The notes beneath the pieces were generated by a model. That model was not told where the DNA came from, searched no databases, and worked only from the letters and a program-made list of their open reading frames with translations. Positions 37,541 to 46,757 of a DNA stretch of 64,000 nt are shown piece after piece. Numbering within the stretch: the stretch's first letter is position 1; each line of letters begins with the position of its first letter. Location: IMG/VR virus record IMGVR_UViG_3300034682_000176, positions 160,811-224,810 of that record; one strand, written 5' to 3'. The translations under genes and the position numbers were made by a program.

Positions 37541-37561
37541 ATCGTTCCAAGGAGTTTCAAG

Positions 37562-38002
37562 ATGAAAGAATCGTTCTTTGCCAAAAAGCACGAAATTGCT
37601 AAGCTCAGTGGGGATTTGTTGTACGCCGTCGCTGCGCATGCCCTGGGTTTGAATGCCCGTGTGACCCGAATCATCCGAACCAAAGAAGGCTTTGAGCCTG
37701 TGGAGGAGCTCAAAGTCTCTGTCCAAATGGGACCAGAGCAAGAGTACCTGCCAGTTGACCACAAAGCCCTGGAACAATTGGTCTGGAACGAATTGAAAGA
37801 TCTGGTGCGCTCCTTCGTTCAAGACTTAAAACCTCCATTTTTGGGCACCAACAAAAGCGAGAGCATTGAGATCTGTACCGGCAACGTTTCCATCAAAGTG
37901 CTGGGTGTCGATCAACACGAAGCGCGGATGCGCGCTTTCGCTATCTTTAAGTTGGGAATGTGGTATGCATTCCCTAGTCACACCAACCCCACCACACCCT
38001 GA
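37562..38002 (+). CDS. NinX/DUF2591-like phage protein
   Basis: LSG.LL..VA.ALG N-terminus and A.MRA....KLG C-terminus. Confidence 0.5.
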   Translation: MKESFFAKKHEIAKLSGDLLYAVAAHALGLNARVTRIIRTKEGFEPVEELKVSVQMGPEQEYLPVDHKALEQLVWNELKDLVRSFVQDLKPPFLGTNKSESIEICTGNVSIKVLGVDQHEARMRAFAIFKLGMWYAFPSHTNPTTP

Positions 38003-38003
38003 C

Positions 38004-38453
38004 ATGAACACCGCTGTAAAACCTGAAATTACTGCAAACTTCGGTCTGTCCGAAGAGCAGATGAAGCTGATCCTCTCCAAGTGCATGAAGCCCGAAGAGA
38101 TTGCCGGCACCCCTGAACAGATCCAAGATCGGGTCCGTGAGCTGTTGCATTGGTTTGTACGGTTGGCCGAAGGCAAAGCCAATAAAATCTGGACTTTCCA
38201 GCACGCCATGGAGCTGGCCTACTACATCGCCTCCAATGCAGTCAACCAACATCTGGACTTGAGTGCCGTGCGTTGCAATGCCTACTCTGAAGGCATTGTG
38301 GCTTCAGAAAAAGATCGCCAGATCCTGAAGAACCACACAGACATCCCATTTGAGCCACCACTCAAACCCGAAGACTACGCTGGTCGCTTAGACCGCCTGG
38401 AGCGAGGGCTGGCACAAATGCGTCAGTTGTTGGTCGAAAAGACAAAGGCTTAA
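38004..38453 (+). CDS. Hypothetical protein
   Basis: ATG immediately after the previous stop. Confidence 0.7.
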   Translation: MNTAVKPEITANFGLSEEQMKLILSKCMKPEEIAGTPEQIQDRVRELLHWFVRLAEGKANKIWTFQHAMELAYYIASNAVNQHLDLSAVRCNAYSEGIVASEKDRQILKNHTDIPFEPPLKPEDYAGRLDRLERGLAQMRQLLVEKTKA

Positions 38454-38542
38454 TTCCTTGCGCAAGACCACCTATCTTAACCAGATAGGTGGTATCTTGT
38501 GTCCACCCCTATCATCTTCCCCTTTTTATTTTGAGTGTCACC

Positions 38543-38647
38543 ATGTCTGAGCAACTCGCGGCTGCGATCTTGTACGGTTTGATTGTTGTGTTCAGCGTCG
38601 CCAACGCTGTGGTAGCTACGATCATTCGGGGAGGCATGATAGGATAA
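38543..38647 (+). CDS. 34-aa single-pass membrane peptide (not in ORF track)
   Basis: MSEQLAAAILYGLIVVFSVANAVVATIIRGGMIG*, between two hairpins. Confidence 0.5.
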   Translation: MSEQLAAAILYGLIVVFSVANAVVATIIRGGMIG

Positions 38648-38722
38648 AGACGATCTACACCTACCTGTCGGCTGTGCCAGACAGGTAGGTGTAGATTTCA
38701 CACATCTGAACAAGATGTGGCA

Positions 38723-38731
38723 ACATATATA
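38723..38731 (+). promoter_or_regulatory. Putative early promoter ACATATATA
   Basis: Recurrent motif about 200 nt upstream of the nvRNAP subunit. Confidence 0.6.
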
Positions 38732-38929
38732 AAAGACGAACCCAGTTGTGTATACGATATCGTTTCACAACTACTTGTCAACCCAAAGGAGTTTAAGCTG
38801 TGCGAGATGTGGTAGAATAACGAAAAATCCCCTATATGGAAGTTTCAATTTAATTGCTATCAGTTGGGCTAAGATCCGACCGAACCAATAGTTGCAGAGG
38901 GATAGGGGTCTGTCCCCAAAAGGAGCATC

Positions 38930-40372
38930 ATGCATACCGTGCTAGTACTGAAGAGCTTCGATGAATTGTTTCATCGCCTGATGTCGGAAAAGTTCTTGAT
39001 CAATGAGATCGACATCTTCAACACCCAGAACAAGGAGATGCTCGACAACTTCATCATGAAGAATTACTCGGAAGACAACCTGACGTTGCTTCCGCAGTGC
39101 CAGATGGGTCACTTACCCGGTCACCTCAAGGGAAGCTACTACCTGGGTGACGTATGTCCACTGTGTAAGACCACAGTGACCAGCAGCATCGATGATGCGA
39201 TCTCGTTCTTGCTGTGGCTCAAGCAGCCGCAAAAAGTCGAGCGCTTCATCTCGCCCATCGTGATGGCGTTCTTGTTGCGTCGCTACCGTATCACCAAACC
39301 CCAGGTGTCTTTGGTGGAGTACATCATGCTCCCCAACATGAAGATCGACAAGAAGCAACAACGCCAGAACCAGGACAAGCTGGACAAGCTGGACTACCTG
39401 CTGTCGCGCAACAACATCGCCAAAGGCTACAACTCGTTTGTGCAGAACTTCTTCAAGATCATCGAGATCTTAGAGGCCGAGTTTGTCAAACACCCTCGCA
39501 GTAAGGACCCTTTGGAGTTCTTGAACTTCTTGCTCAAGAACCGCAACGAGATCTTCTCGTCGTACCTGCCATTTCCAAACAAGATGATCTTCACTATGGA
39601 GAGCAACGAGTTGGGTCGGTACTTCGACAAGTCCTTGGTGTCTCCGATCAACGTGATCCGTCGCTTGACCGGCATTGACATTCGCACGCTGCCAGCTTCT
39701 ATGAAGCAAGCTCGTGTGGCACGGTCACTGATCGATATGGCGTACTTCTACGAAGACTACCTGTCGACCAAGATCTTCTCCAAGCCCGGTCTGATTCGCC
39801 AGCACGTGACCAGCGAGCGCACGCACTTCACTGCTCGCGCAGTGATTGTGAGTATTGCTGGACCCCATGCGCACGATGAAGTCCATATCAACTGGTCGGG
39901 TGCCTGTACGCTGCTGCGTCCATACATCTTGAACCGGCTGTACAAGCGTGGTTATAGTTACAAGAACGCTGTCAACTTCCTGTTGTACCACAACCGGATT
40001 TACTCACCCATCCTCGATGAGATCTTCCAAGAAATCATTGCCGCCAGCCCTGGCGGACTGAAGGCGTTCTTCAACCGCAACCCTTCCCTGCACCGCGGCT
40101 CTATCCAGACCGTGCGGATCACCAAGGTCAAACCTGACCCTCTGGACCCCACGTTCTCGATGTCTGACCGCATCGGTCCGGCTTTCAACAGCGACCACGA
40201 CGGCGACGAGATGAACCTGTATTTGCTGACCACGCAAAAACTGTATCGCACTGCCAAGTACCTGGAGCCGTACAACAACATCTTGGGGTTGTCTGGACCT
40301 GACGAGTTCAGCAACAACATCAAGTTCCCCAAGACCATTGTCTCGACCCTTGCCAACTGGGCCAACGCGTAG
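38930..40372 (+). CDS. Non-virion RNA polymerase beta' N-terminal subunit (phiKZ gp55-like)
   Basis: N-terminal Cys cluster, KPGLIRQHV, R.HFTARAVI, NRNPSLHRGS, NSDHDGDEMN catalytic loop. Confidence 0.9.
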   Translation: MHTVLVLKSFDELFHRLMSEKFLINEIDIFNTQNKEMLDNFIMKNYSEDNLTLLPQCQMGHLPGHLKGSYYLGDVCPLCKTTVTSSIDDAISFLLWLKQPQKVERFISPIVMAFLLRRYRITKPQVSLVEYIMLPNMKIDKKQQRQNQDKLDKLDYLLSRNNIAKGYNSFVQNFFKIIEILEAEFVKHPRSKDPLEFLNFLLKNRNEIFSSYLPFPNKMIFTMESNELGRYFDKSLVSPINVIRRLTGIDIRTLPASMKQARVARSLIDMAYFYEDYLSTKIFSKPGLIRQHVTSERTHFTARAVIVSIAGPHAHDEVHINWSGACTLLRPYILNRLYKRGYSYKNAVNFLLYHNRIYSPILDEIFQEIIAASPGGLKAFFNRNPSLHRGSIQTVRITKVKPDPLDPTFSMSDRIGPAFNSDHDGDEMNLYLLTTQKLYRTAKYLEPYNNILGLSGPDEFSNNIKFPKTIVSTLANWANA

Positions 40373-40425
40373 TAGGTAACAGGCCGATGCACACCCACTC
40401 CTTACTGCAATGGGTAAGGAGTGGG

Positions 40426-40437
40426 TTACATATATAC
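40426..40437 (+). promoter_or_regulatory. Putative early promoter TTACATATATAC
   Basis: Recurrent motif. Confidence 0.65.
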
Positions 40438-40464
40438 TCGCTGAGTACACAAAAGGAGTTTCAC

Positions 40465-40638
40465 TTGTCAGTTTATCCGGTTATCCGTATCAAAGGTTCC
40501 GCCAAAGCCATTGAAACGCTGTTCCTCAATGAAAAAACGATGGAGCTGATCATGTTTCGATCGTTGTTTAAACATGATGAACCGACCCCAATCAACCCAC
40601 CCAATCACCAGGAGCCAGCCCTTGCCGAGTTCCTTTAA
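40465..40638 (+). CDS. Small hypothetical protein (TTG start)
   Basis: AAAAGGAGTTTCAC RBS before in-frame TTG. Confidence 0.55.
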   Translation: MSVYPVIRIKGSAKAIETLFLNEKTMELIMFRSLFKHDEPTPINPPNHQEPALAEFL

Positions 40639-40646
40639 GGAGTCTT

Positions 40647-41285
40647 ATGGCCAGTATTGTTAGAACGTCCACCGCTGGTGCGGACTATGCGTTATACGGC
40701 GACAAATCCCATATGGTTGCCAGCTACATCCAACAGCAGCTGCAAGCGATGCCGGTGTACGCATCACCGTACCACGACCGGATTCAGCAGTCGATGCAGT
40801 CCAGCTACAACTACCTGACCGACATGGCAGTCAAGCACGAAATCGTGCAGTCGCTGCGTGGTGCTGGTGTCGAGCTGGGCGAGAACTTCATCATGGAGTT
40901 GCGCACCTTCGAGGAGTTGCAAAACGCCAACCTCACCATGCAGCGTTGGGTGATGGCAGATCCGTTCACCCGCGAGCTGTACCTGAAGCAAAACATCGAC
41001 GGCTACAGCGACACCTATCTCAACACGTCGGATAAGTACGTGGGTCCCAAAGACTACCACTACCAACTGGCGATGAGTGGTGTACCTGTGGAAGTGGGTG
41101 ATGGCAAAACCATCACGTACTTCTACCACGCCGAGGAAGATCTGCGTGAAGGTGACCGCAAACTGTCCCATCACGACAAGATCGCTATCCAGCGCACTTG
41201 GGCAAATGCTCGTCACATTGCGCAGGAGATGGGGTTTGACTTTACCTGCAAGTCCGAAACCCCGACGAAGATCAATTTCGAGTAA
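40647..41285 (+). CDS. Conserved chimallivirus protein (tentatively gp59-like)
   Basis: LQNA..TMQRWVMA.P..R.LY....IDGYSDTY motif; near the gp55-like gene. Confidence 0.6.
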   Translation: MASIVRTSTAGADYALYGDKSHMVASYIQQQLQAMPVYASPYHDRIQQSMQSSYNYLTDMAVKHEIVQSLRGAGVELGENFIMELRTFEELQNANLTMQRWVMADPFTRELYLKQNIDGYSDTYLNTSDKYVGPKDYHYQLAMSGVPVEVGDGKTITYFYHAEEDLREGDRKLSHHDKIAIQRTWANARHIAQEMGFDFTCKSETPTKINFE

Positions 41286-41343
41286 CACGACAGACAGTAG
41301 CTTGCGCTGCTGTCTGTTTTTTTCAACACAAAAGAGTTTCAAT

Positions 41344-41856
41344 ATGACAGAGTACCTGAACACCAACCACATGGCGACTTTTTTGCACAACCGTCTGGTG
41401 ACCCTGACAGCCTCGAACAAAAACCCCAAAACCATACAGGCATTTTCCGCCTTGATCGGGTTGGTAGCGATTCCGCACAAAAAACAGGAGAAGATCAAAA
41501 CAGGTCGGTTGGATGTCGATCAACCACATTCCGACTTTGTGGCGATCATGGTGTTTGGTGAAGATGCCACTGTCTGTGATCCCGACATCAACAAGCCAGA
41601 GTTTGTTGTGATGTTTGTGGAAAGCAGCCGCATGCTGGAAATGCTGCTGTTGCGTGATCCTGAGGATCGGCCTGAGTTTCTGAATTTTGGACAAGACGTG
41701 CCGTTTGCGCCGGCAAGTCGCAGCTTGATGATGTTTCGCACAACTTCGCTGCAAGGCATCACCAATTACATCGTTGCGCCATCCATCCCAATGACCTTGA
41801 CCGAGGTGGTGGTTGCTGGGTTGGTGAATGCTGAATTCGTAGAAAAGGAAGACTGA
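41344..41856 (+). CDS. Hypothetical protein
   Basis: ATG 41344 after an RBS-like sequence. Confidence 0.7.
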   Translation: MTEYLNTNHMATFLHNRLVTLTASNKNPKTIQAFSALIGLVAIPHKKQEKIKTGRLDVDQPHSDFVAIMVFGEDATVCDPDINKPEFVVMFVESSRMLEMLLLRDPEDRPEFLNFGQDVPFAPASRSLMMFRTTSLQGITNYIVAPSIPMTLTEVVVAGLVNAEFVEKED

Positions 41857-41857
41857 C

Positions 41858-42187
41858 ATGTCTGCTTACGTGACTTCGGTGCAACAGCGCGCCAATTCCA
41901 ACCAAACGGCGTTGGCTGTTCAGTACAAAGAGATCTCTCGCCGACCTGGTAAGTTTGCTCCTATCGTTGAGCGCAATACTGACCAGCTGGCCTCGATGTT
42001 TGGTAAGGTCATTACCCACGAGCTGACTTTGCCGAACGGGACCAAGGAAGGTCGTCCGGTTTTCATGGTTCGCCACAAAGGCCGTAAGCTGACCATGGAG
42101 CTGGGCGACTGGTTGGTGGTTGAGAACGAAGAGTTCAAGGTCCTCAAGCCTGAAGAATTCGGTGTCATGTACCAGCACCTTGTATAA
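41858..42187 (+). CDS. Phage protein with GDWLV...E.F...KPE.F...Y motif
   Basis: Resembles the widespread GD.I....GE.YPCKPDIF..TY phage motif. Confidence 0.6.
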   Translation: MSAYVTSVQQRANSNQTALAVQYKEISRRPGKFAPIVERNTDQLASMFGKVITHELTLPNGTKEGRPVFMVRHKGRKLTMELGDWLVVENEEFKVLKPEEFGVMYQHLV

Positions 42188-42199
42188 AGGAGTTTCAGC

Positions 42200-42643
42200 A
42201 TGAGTCTGATCAAACCAGCGTACACCCAGATCACCCGGGAACGGGCGATCCAGATGTTCGGCATCAAAATGGTAAGTACCCTGGAGCGCACGCGCAAGAT
42301 GGTCTACCCCATGGAAGGTGAGTTGATCTACGGCCACACATCCAGCATGAAAAGCATGGCTGTGGCTGAAAAGAAGTACCGCCCACCGTTTTCTGCGGTG
42401 TGGTGGGACCCCTACAACTACATCGACCACAACTCGATGTTGGCCATTGCCAAAGAGCTGAACCAGGAGATCGACCACCACAGCCAAACGGTGACCGTAC
42501 ATAATCCGGTTACACGGTCCTTTGTGACCCGGCGCTGGGGTACGGTCGGCAGCTTGATGAACACCCGCAATCAAGCGTTGTGTTACGCCACCGTGGATGC
42601 AGCCATGGCCGAGATTGTCCAAGAAGAAAGCCATGTCAAGTGA
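42200..42643 (+). CDS. Hypothetical protein
   Basis: AAAGGAG RBS. Confidence 0.75.
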   Translation: MSLIKPAYTQITRERAIQMFGIKMVSTLERTRKMVYPMEGELIYGHTSSMKSMAVAEKKYRPPFSAVWWDPYNYIDHNSMLAIAKELNQEIDHHSQTVTVHNPVTRSFVTRRWGTVGSLMNTRNQALCYATVDAAMAEIVQEESHVK

Positions 42644-42682
42644 CAACAAAATCAAACTTTCTTCTCTGTAGAAAGGAAAACG

Positions 42683-43066
42683 ATGAAGTACATCTGGCAG
42701 CGTCGTGGTGGCTATGAGGTCAGCTCCAAAGGCGACAAACGTTTCAGCGCCCTCAATGCCGTCTTGCCAGACGGCAGAACGATTGAGCAGGTTTACCAGT
42801 GTGACATCAAAGGCTACCAGCCCGGCGGTGTTGACTGGCGCCTTGGCAAAGGCAAACCTCCTCTGAATCCCGCTACAGATCTGTGGGCGGAATACCTCAA
42901 GCTCTGGCGAGTTTGGGCATCCGTCAACCTGAGCCTGATGGAAGAGCTGCGCGATGCAGCCAAACGCCATCACGGCATCCTCAGTGACTGCTTTGCATCC
43001 ACCCCAGTAAACCAAGCGCACGCGCTGGCTACCATTCTCAACGAAACCAAGTCCATTTTCGAGTAA
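42683..43066 (+). CDS. Conserved phage hypothetical protein
   Basis: YEVSSKGDKRFSA..A...DGRTIE..YQ..IKGY motif. Confidence 0.75.
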   Translation: MKYIWQRRGGYEVSSKGDKRFSALNAVLPDGRTIEQVYQCDIKGYQPGGVDWRLGKGKPPLNPATDLWAEYLKLWRVWASVNLSLMEELRDAAKRHHGILSDCFASTPVNQAHALATILNETKSIFE

Positions 43067-43071
43067 GCAAT

Positions 43072-43599
43072 ATGAATACCACGAACACCCCCAACATCGA
43101 GACAATCAAGCAAGCTGTCTTGAAGGCTGACGAAAACTGCGTCTACGACATCTACTACTACTGCAATTCAACGGGGGTCAAACACGCCGTTGGGATGCTG
43201 GGTGCTTTTGTTCGGCCGCGTATTGCGATCAACAGCATCACCATGCGGATGAACAATCCTGACTGGGCAAACATGGTGTCTCTTTCTGCTTGTGACCGCC
43301 GTGACGGTGAACAACGCATGGTGACCATCACCACCATGGACCAACTGAAAAAGATCCAGGAAAACCCGTTGGTTGGTTTGAACGAGATCACAAGCGTGGT
43401 GCCGGAAACGATGACGTTTTTGGTACCATCGACAAACAAGGGTGTTGGGATGTGGACCTACGGTCACAACAACGTAATTCTGGTGTCCAAACAGTCAAAT
43501 TCAATTGTGGACGCTATGGGGCGTATTTTGTTCGATTTTGACATTAATACAGATCCAACGTTGCTGTCGCAATTGAACCAACCAAGCTTTCAAGCATAA
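43072..43599 (+). CDS. Hypothetical protein
   Basis: 175-aa ORF. Confidence 0.7.
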   Translation: MNTTNTPNIETIKQAVLKADENCVYDIYYYCNSTGVKHAVGMLGAFVRPRIAINSITMRMNNPDWANMVSLSACDRRDGEQRMVTITTMDQLKKIQENPLVGLNEITSVVPETMTFLVPSTNKGVGMWTYGHNNVILVSKQSNSIVDAMGRILFDFDINTDPTLLSQLNQPSFQA

Positions 43600-43620
43600 C
43601 ACACACCACAGAGTAGCATT

Positions 43621-44490
43621 ATGATGCGCATTACTGAAAACGACAAAAAGTTCGGTCCGTTCATTTATGGACGAGGTTCTACGAACTCCTGGGGCATCTT
43701 CTTCAACACCAGCCAGTATGAAGAAGATGGCGACCGTCACACCAACCATCTGTGGATCAACCTGTTTGGCTGGATCGTCGTCTGGATTTTGCCGTTCTGG
43801 ATACACCCCCATCGCACCAAGATCTTCCCCAAAAGCTGGGACGAAGCCACGATCAAGCGTCTGGGTCGTAACTGGTACTGGCAATGCGACAACCGTCGTT
43901 GGGGCTTTTCCATACACGACAACTATTTCCAGTTGTTCTACGGCCGACAAAGCGACGACAGCACACTGGAAAAACGCAAGAGTTGGCACTTCCCGTGGAG
44001 CGAATGGACCATTGTGCGCCATGATCTGTTTCACGGTGACGGTACTCACCACTTCACTGAGAATTTTGTCAAGGGACGCAGTGTCGTGGATTGGAAAGAG
44101 ATGTCGGAGATCAAAAATAAGATCGTCAAGCAGACTGTCGATATCATGGACTACGATGGTACTCGCTTGGTGGCCATGCTCCACATTGAAGAGCTTGAAT
44201 GGGTGCGGGGTGTGCGAAGCTTTGCCTGGCTGAAATACATCTTCAAACCCATGATCCGCCGCAGTCTGCGGATTGAGTTTTCCGAAGAAGTCGGTAACCG
44301 AAAAGGTTCTTGGAAAGGCGGTCTGATGGGAACATCGATCGACATGCTGCCTGGTGAAGACAGTTTCCAAGCCTTCCGCCGCTATTGCGACACCCAGTCG
44401 GTCAGCCGTGACCGCAACCACAAGCTGACCATCATTGGCTTTAACCGTATTGATCTGACGTACAAGGAAATCACATGCCCGTCGAAATGA
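43621..44490 (+). CDS. Trp-rich hypothetical protein
   Basis: 289-aa ORF; F..EVG..KGSWKGG..G. Confidence 0.75.
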   Translation: MMRITENDKKFGPFIYGRGSTNSWGIFFNTSQYEEDGDRHTNHLWINLFGWIVVWILPFWIHPHRTKIFPKSWDEATIKRLGRNWYWQCDNRRWGFSIHDNYFQLFYGRQSDDSTLEKRKSWHFPWSEWTIVRHDLFHGDGTHHFTENFVKGRSVVDWKEMSEIKNKIVKQTVDIMDYDGTRLVAMLHIEELEWVRGVRSFAWLKYIFKPMIRRSLRIEFSEEVGNRKGSWKGGLMGTSIDMLPGEDSFQAFRRYCDTQSVSRDRNHKLTIIGFNRIDLTYKEITCPSK

Positions 44491-44825
44491 ACGAACAGCA
44501 ACTGAAGGTCGTAGAAATGACCCACGTCGAAGTGCCTAGATCAGTTGTGACCGATCTGGTGCGCAAGGCCTATGACCTGTCAAAACCCGTTGGGATGGGG
44601 ATGATCCATTTCCAACCTGGCCCTATCCCAGAACCTATCGTGAGTGACCTCATCTCCGCCATGAACAAGACCGGCTACCTGTCCATGGACTACACCTTGG
44701 GTCGCCAGGTCAAGTTCACTATCCGCAAGATCGGCAACCGCTACTTCGTGCGCAAGACCTGGCAAGACCACACGAAGGAAGATCTGACCACGCTGCTGGC
44801 TTCGGTCGGTGTCCAACTCCCCTAA
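44475..44825 (+). CDS. Hypothetical protein
   Basis: AYDLSKPVGMG..HF, MDY..GR.VK motifs; AAGGA RBS. Confidence 0.75.
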   Translation: MPVEMNEQQLKVVEMTHVEVPRSVVTDLVRKAYDLSKPVGMGMIHFQPGPIPEPIVSDLISAMNKTGYLSMDYTLGRQVKFTIRKIGNRYFVRKTWQDHTKEDLTTLLASVGVQLP

Positions 44826-44833
44826 GGAACCCC

Positions 44834-45433
44834 ATGACCAATACCGCAGACAACCACCCCATCGACACCTCCGTGTTCAAAGATGCCGATCTTGACACCC
44901 TGGCGGAGTTGTACCCCAACATGCTGAACCCGGTGGCCATGGCGTTGAAAAATGCGTTGTGGAGTCCTAAACTGTTGGACCCCAATAAACTGCAAGAGCT
45001 GCAGTTTTGTGTGCGTGACACCATCTTGATCAAGATGGTGCGTGCCAAAGAACAGCTGGATGAGTTGTTTCAAAAGGCTGGTTTCTCGAACCAAGTAATC
45101 GTGGTGCCTCCAGTAGGTAACGCCAGCTCGATCAACAACTTGGAAACTTTCCAACTGGGCTTCAAGCATCCCCAGGAAGTGGTTTTCAACATCGGTATTT
45201 GTGATTCGTGCTTTACTGAACCCAATCACGATACAGAAATCTGGGAACCGTGCCAGCCACCTGAAGGTTTCCCACTGAACCTCAAGTCGGCCGAGTTGTA
45301 CCGCAATCGTTACAACCACAACACGTTCTTTATTCAAACCGTCCACATTGGTGTGGCGACCGATATCATCTTGCAGTTGATGATGTATGACCTGGACAAC
45401 TGCAACATCACCTACAAACCCAAAGGAGCATAA
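44834..45433 (+). CDS. Hypothetical protein (related to 46245-46733)
   Basis: Shared D..IW..C....G.P segment. Confidence 0.75.
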   Translation: MTNTADNHPIDTSVFKDADLDTLAELYPNMLNPVAMALKNALWSPKLLDPNKLQELQFCVRDTILIKMVRAKEQLDELFQKAGFSNQVIVVPPVGNASSINNLETFQLGFKHPQEVVFNIGICDSCFTEPNHDTEIWEPCQPPEGFPLNLKSAELYRNRYNHNTFFIQTVHIGVATDIILQLMMYDLDNCNITYKPKGA

Positions 45434-45435
45434 GC

Positions 45436-45621
45436 ATGGCACTGAACAAATCTGAACTGGATGAACTGAACATCCTGCTCAAGGACAAGAAGATCGACAT
45501 TCCAGATTTCCGCCGCAACGTCGGCTCTGGTGGTCAAAATGGCGATTGGATCAAAAAGAAGATCGCCATCAAAAACCCCAACCTCCCCAAGCGCGTGACA
45601 GAACTGGTCGCCAAGATCTAA
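45436..45621 (+). CDS. Small basic hypothetical protein
   Basis: AAAGGAG RBS; 61 aa. Confidence 0.75.
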   Translation: MALNKSELDELNILLKDKKIDIPDFRRNVGSGGQNGDWIKKKIAIKNPNLPKRVTELVAKI

Positions 45622-45659
45622 GTCACCGTCTTTCCAATTTCCAATACCTTCCAAACACT

Positions 45660-46181
45660 ATGACTATCCCTAAACCCGTCAAGTCCCAAATTGAAATCAA
45701 CATACCAGCATCGCTGGGCAACTTCGTGGCCATTGGTGCTGGTGCAAACAACAAGACCGCCCAGCTGGCGATGGTGAACTTGTTCGGCTTGCATCGCCTG
45801 GCAGGCAAAGTCGTCACCCATCTGATCACAGATCCCACGGACTTGTACTGGGACAATGATGTCGTGACGATGTGGTGGTATGAAGACCATCCCGACCATC
45901 CGCTGAACGTTGGCAACGAAGACATCCGTCCAACTGCCGCGATCGAGGTGATGACCGACGAGGCATTTCAGGAGTTCTTGAAAGTACCAGGGTTTGCAGA
46001 TCGCCTTAACCTGCTGGTTGGTGATAATTCCAAGTTCATTGCAAACGGTGAGTTGGACGGCTGGCGTTACTTTGTGGCAAAGTGGAAAAATGCCCCAGAT
46101 ACCTACATGCATGTGGCGCCTGAAGGCGTTTGCTTGTATGAAGCTGTGGCGCAAGCTTTCGCCAAGGTAATCATCAAGTAA
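45660..46181 (+). CDS. Hypothetical protein
   Basis: ATG 45660. Confidence 0.7.
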   Translation: MTIPKPVKSQIEINIPASLGNFVAIGAGANNKTAQLAMVNLFGLHRLAGKVVTHLITDPTDLYWDNDVVTMWWYEDHPDHPLNVGNEDIRPTAAIEVMTDEAFQEFLKVPGFADRLNLLVGDNSKFIANGELDGWRYFVAKWKNAPDTYMHVAPEGVCLYEAVAQAFAKVIIK

Positions 46182-46244
46182 CTCCACCTTTCCTGATAGC
46201 CTGCACATGTAGGCTATCTTCCACCCCCAACTACAAATATCAAA

Positions 46245-46733
46245 ATGTCCGCTTTCCCTTCTGACGCTTTCGGTCTGTCCATTGGTTTGGACCATTTCTT
46301 TCACCCCAGCTTGTTCGACAAAGAACGTCTGCGCGACACCGAAATCCACTACAACGCAGCGGTGCGTGAATCGGTGGCAGCCAAAGACACTTTGATCGAG
46401 CTGGCCACAGCGCTGGGTGTCACTCTCCGTGATGTGCAAGCGTCCAATTTCGATGTACCTGGCTTCACCTATGAAGGTACTGGCAACGCTGCGGTCCGTC
46501 TGGTGCTCCATCTACCTGAACACCTCAAGTGTGCGTTCACCGTCATCTCTTCGACGTGGTCCAACGAAACTCCAGATCCGAGCATCTGGAAGGAATGTGT
46601 GGCAGTGGATGCAGGACTTCCGGCCATGCTCTCCAAGATCTACGTCCGTCACAACGACCCTGAGGAATTCCTGATCCCCATTGCGTATGGTCGCCGCATG
46701 TCTCTTGGCGCCATGAGTTTCTTCTTGAACTGA
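46245..46733 (+). CDS. Hypothetical protein (related to 44834-45433)
   Basis: DPSIWKECVAVDAGLP. Confidence 0.7.
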   Translation: MSAFPSDAFGLSIGLDHFFHPSLFDKERLRDTEIHYNAAVRESVAAKDTLIELATALGVTLRDVQASNFDVPGFTYEGTGNAAVRLVLHLPEHLKCAFTVISSTWSNETPDPSIWKECVAVDAGLPAMLSKIYVRHNDPEEFLIPIAYGRRMSLGAMSFFLN

Positions 46734-46757
46734 CCCCTTTCAACAAACGAGTTTCAT

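Noticed and set aside
38930-40372. Intron or homing endonuclease interruption as in some phiKZ RNAP genes
   Set aside because: All three RNAP ORFs and the terminase are continuous and of expected size, with no HNH or intein motifs.
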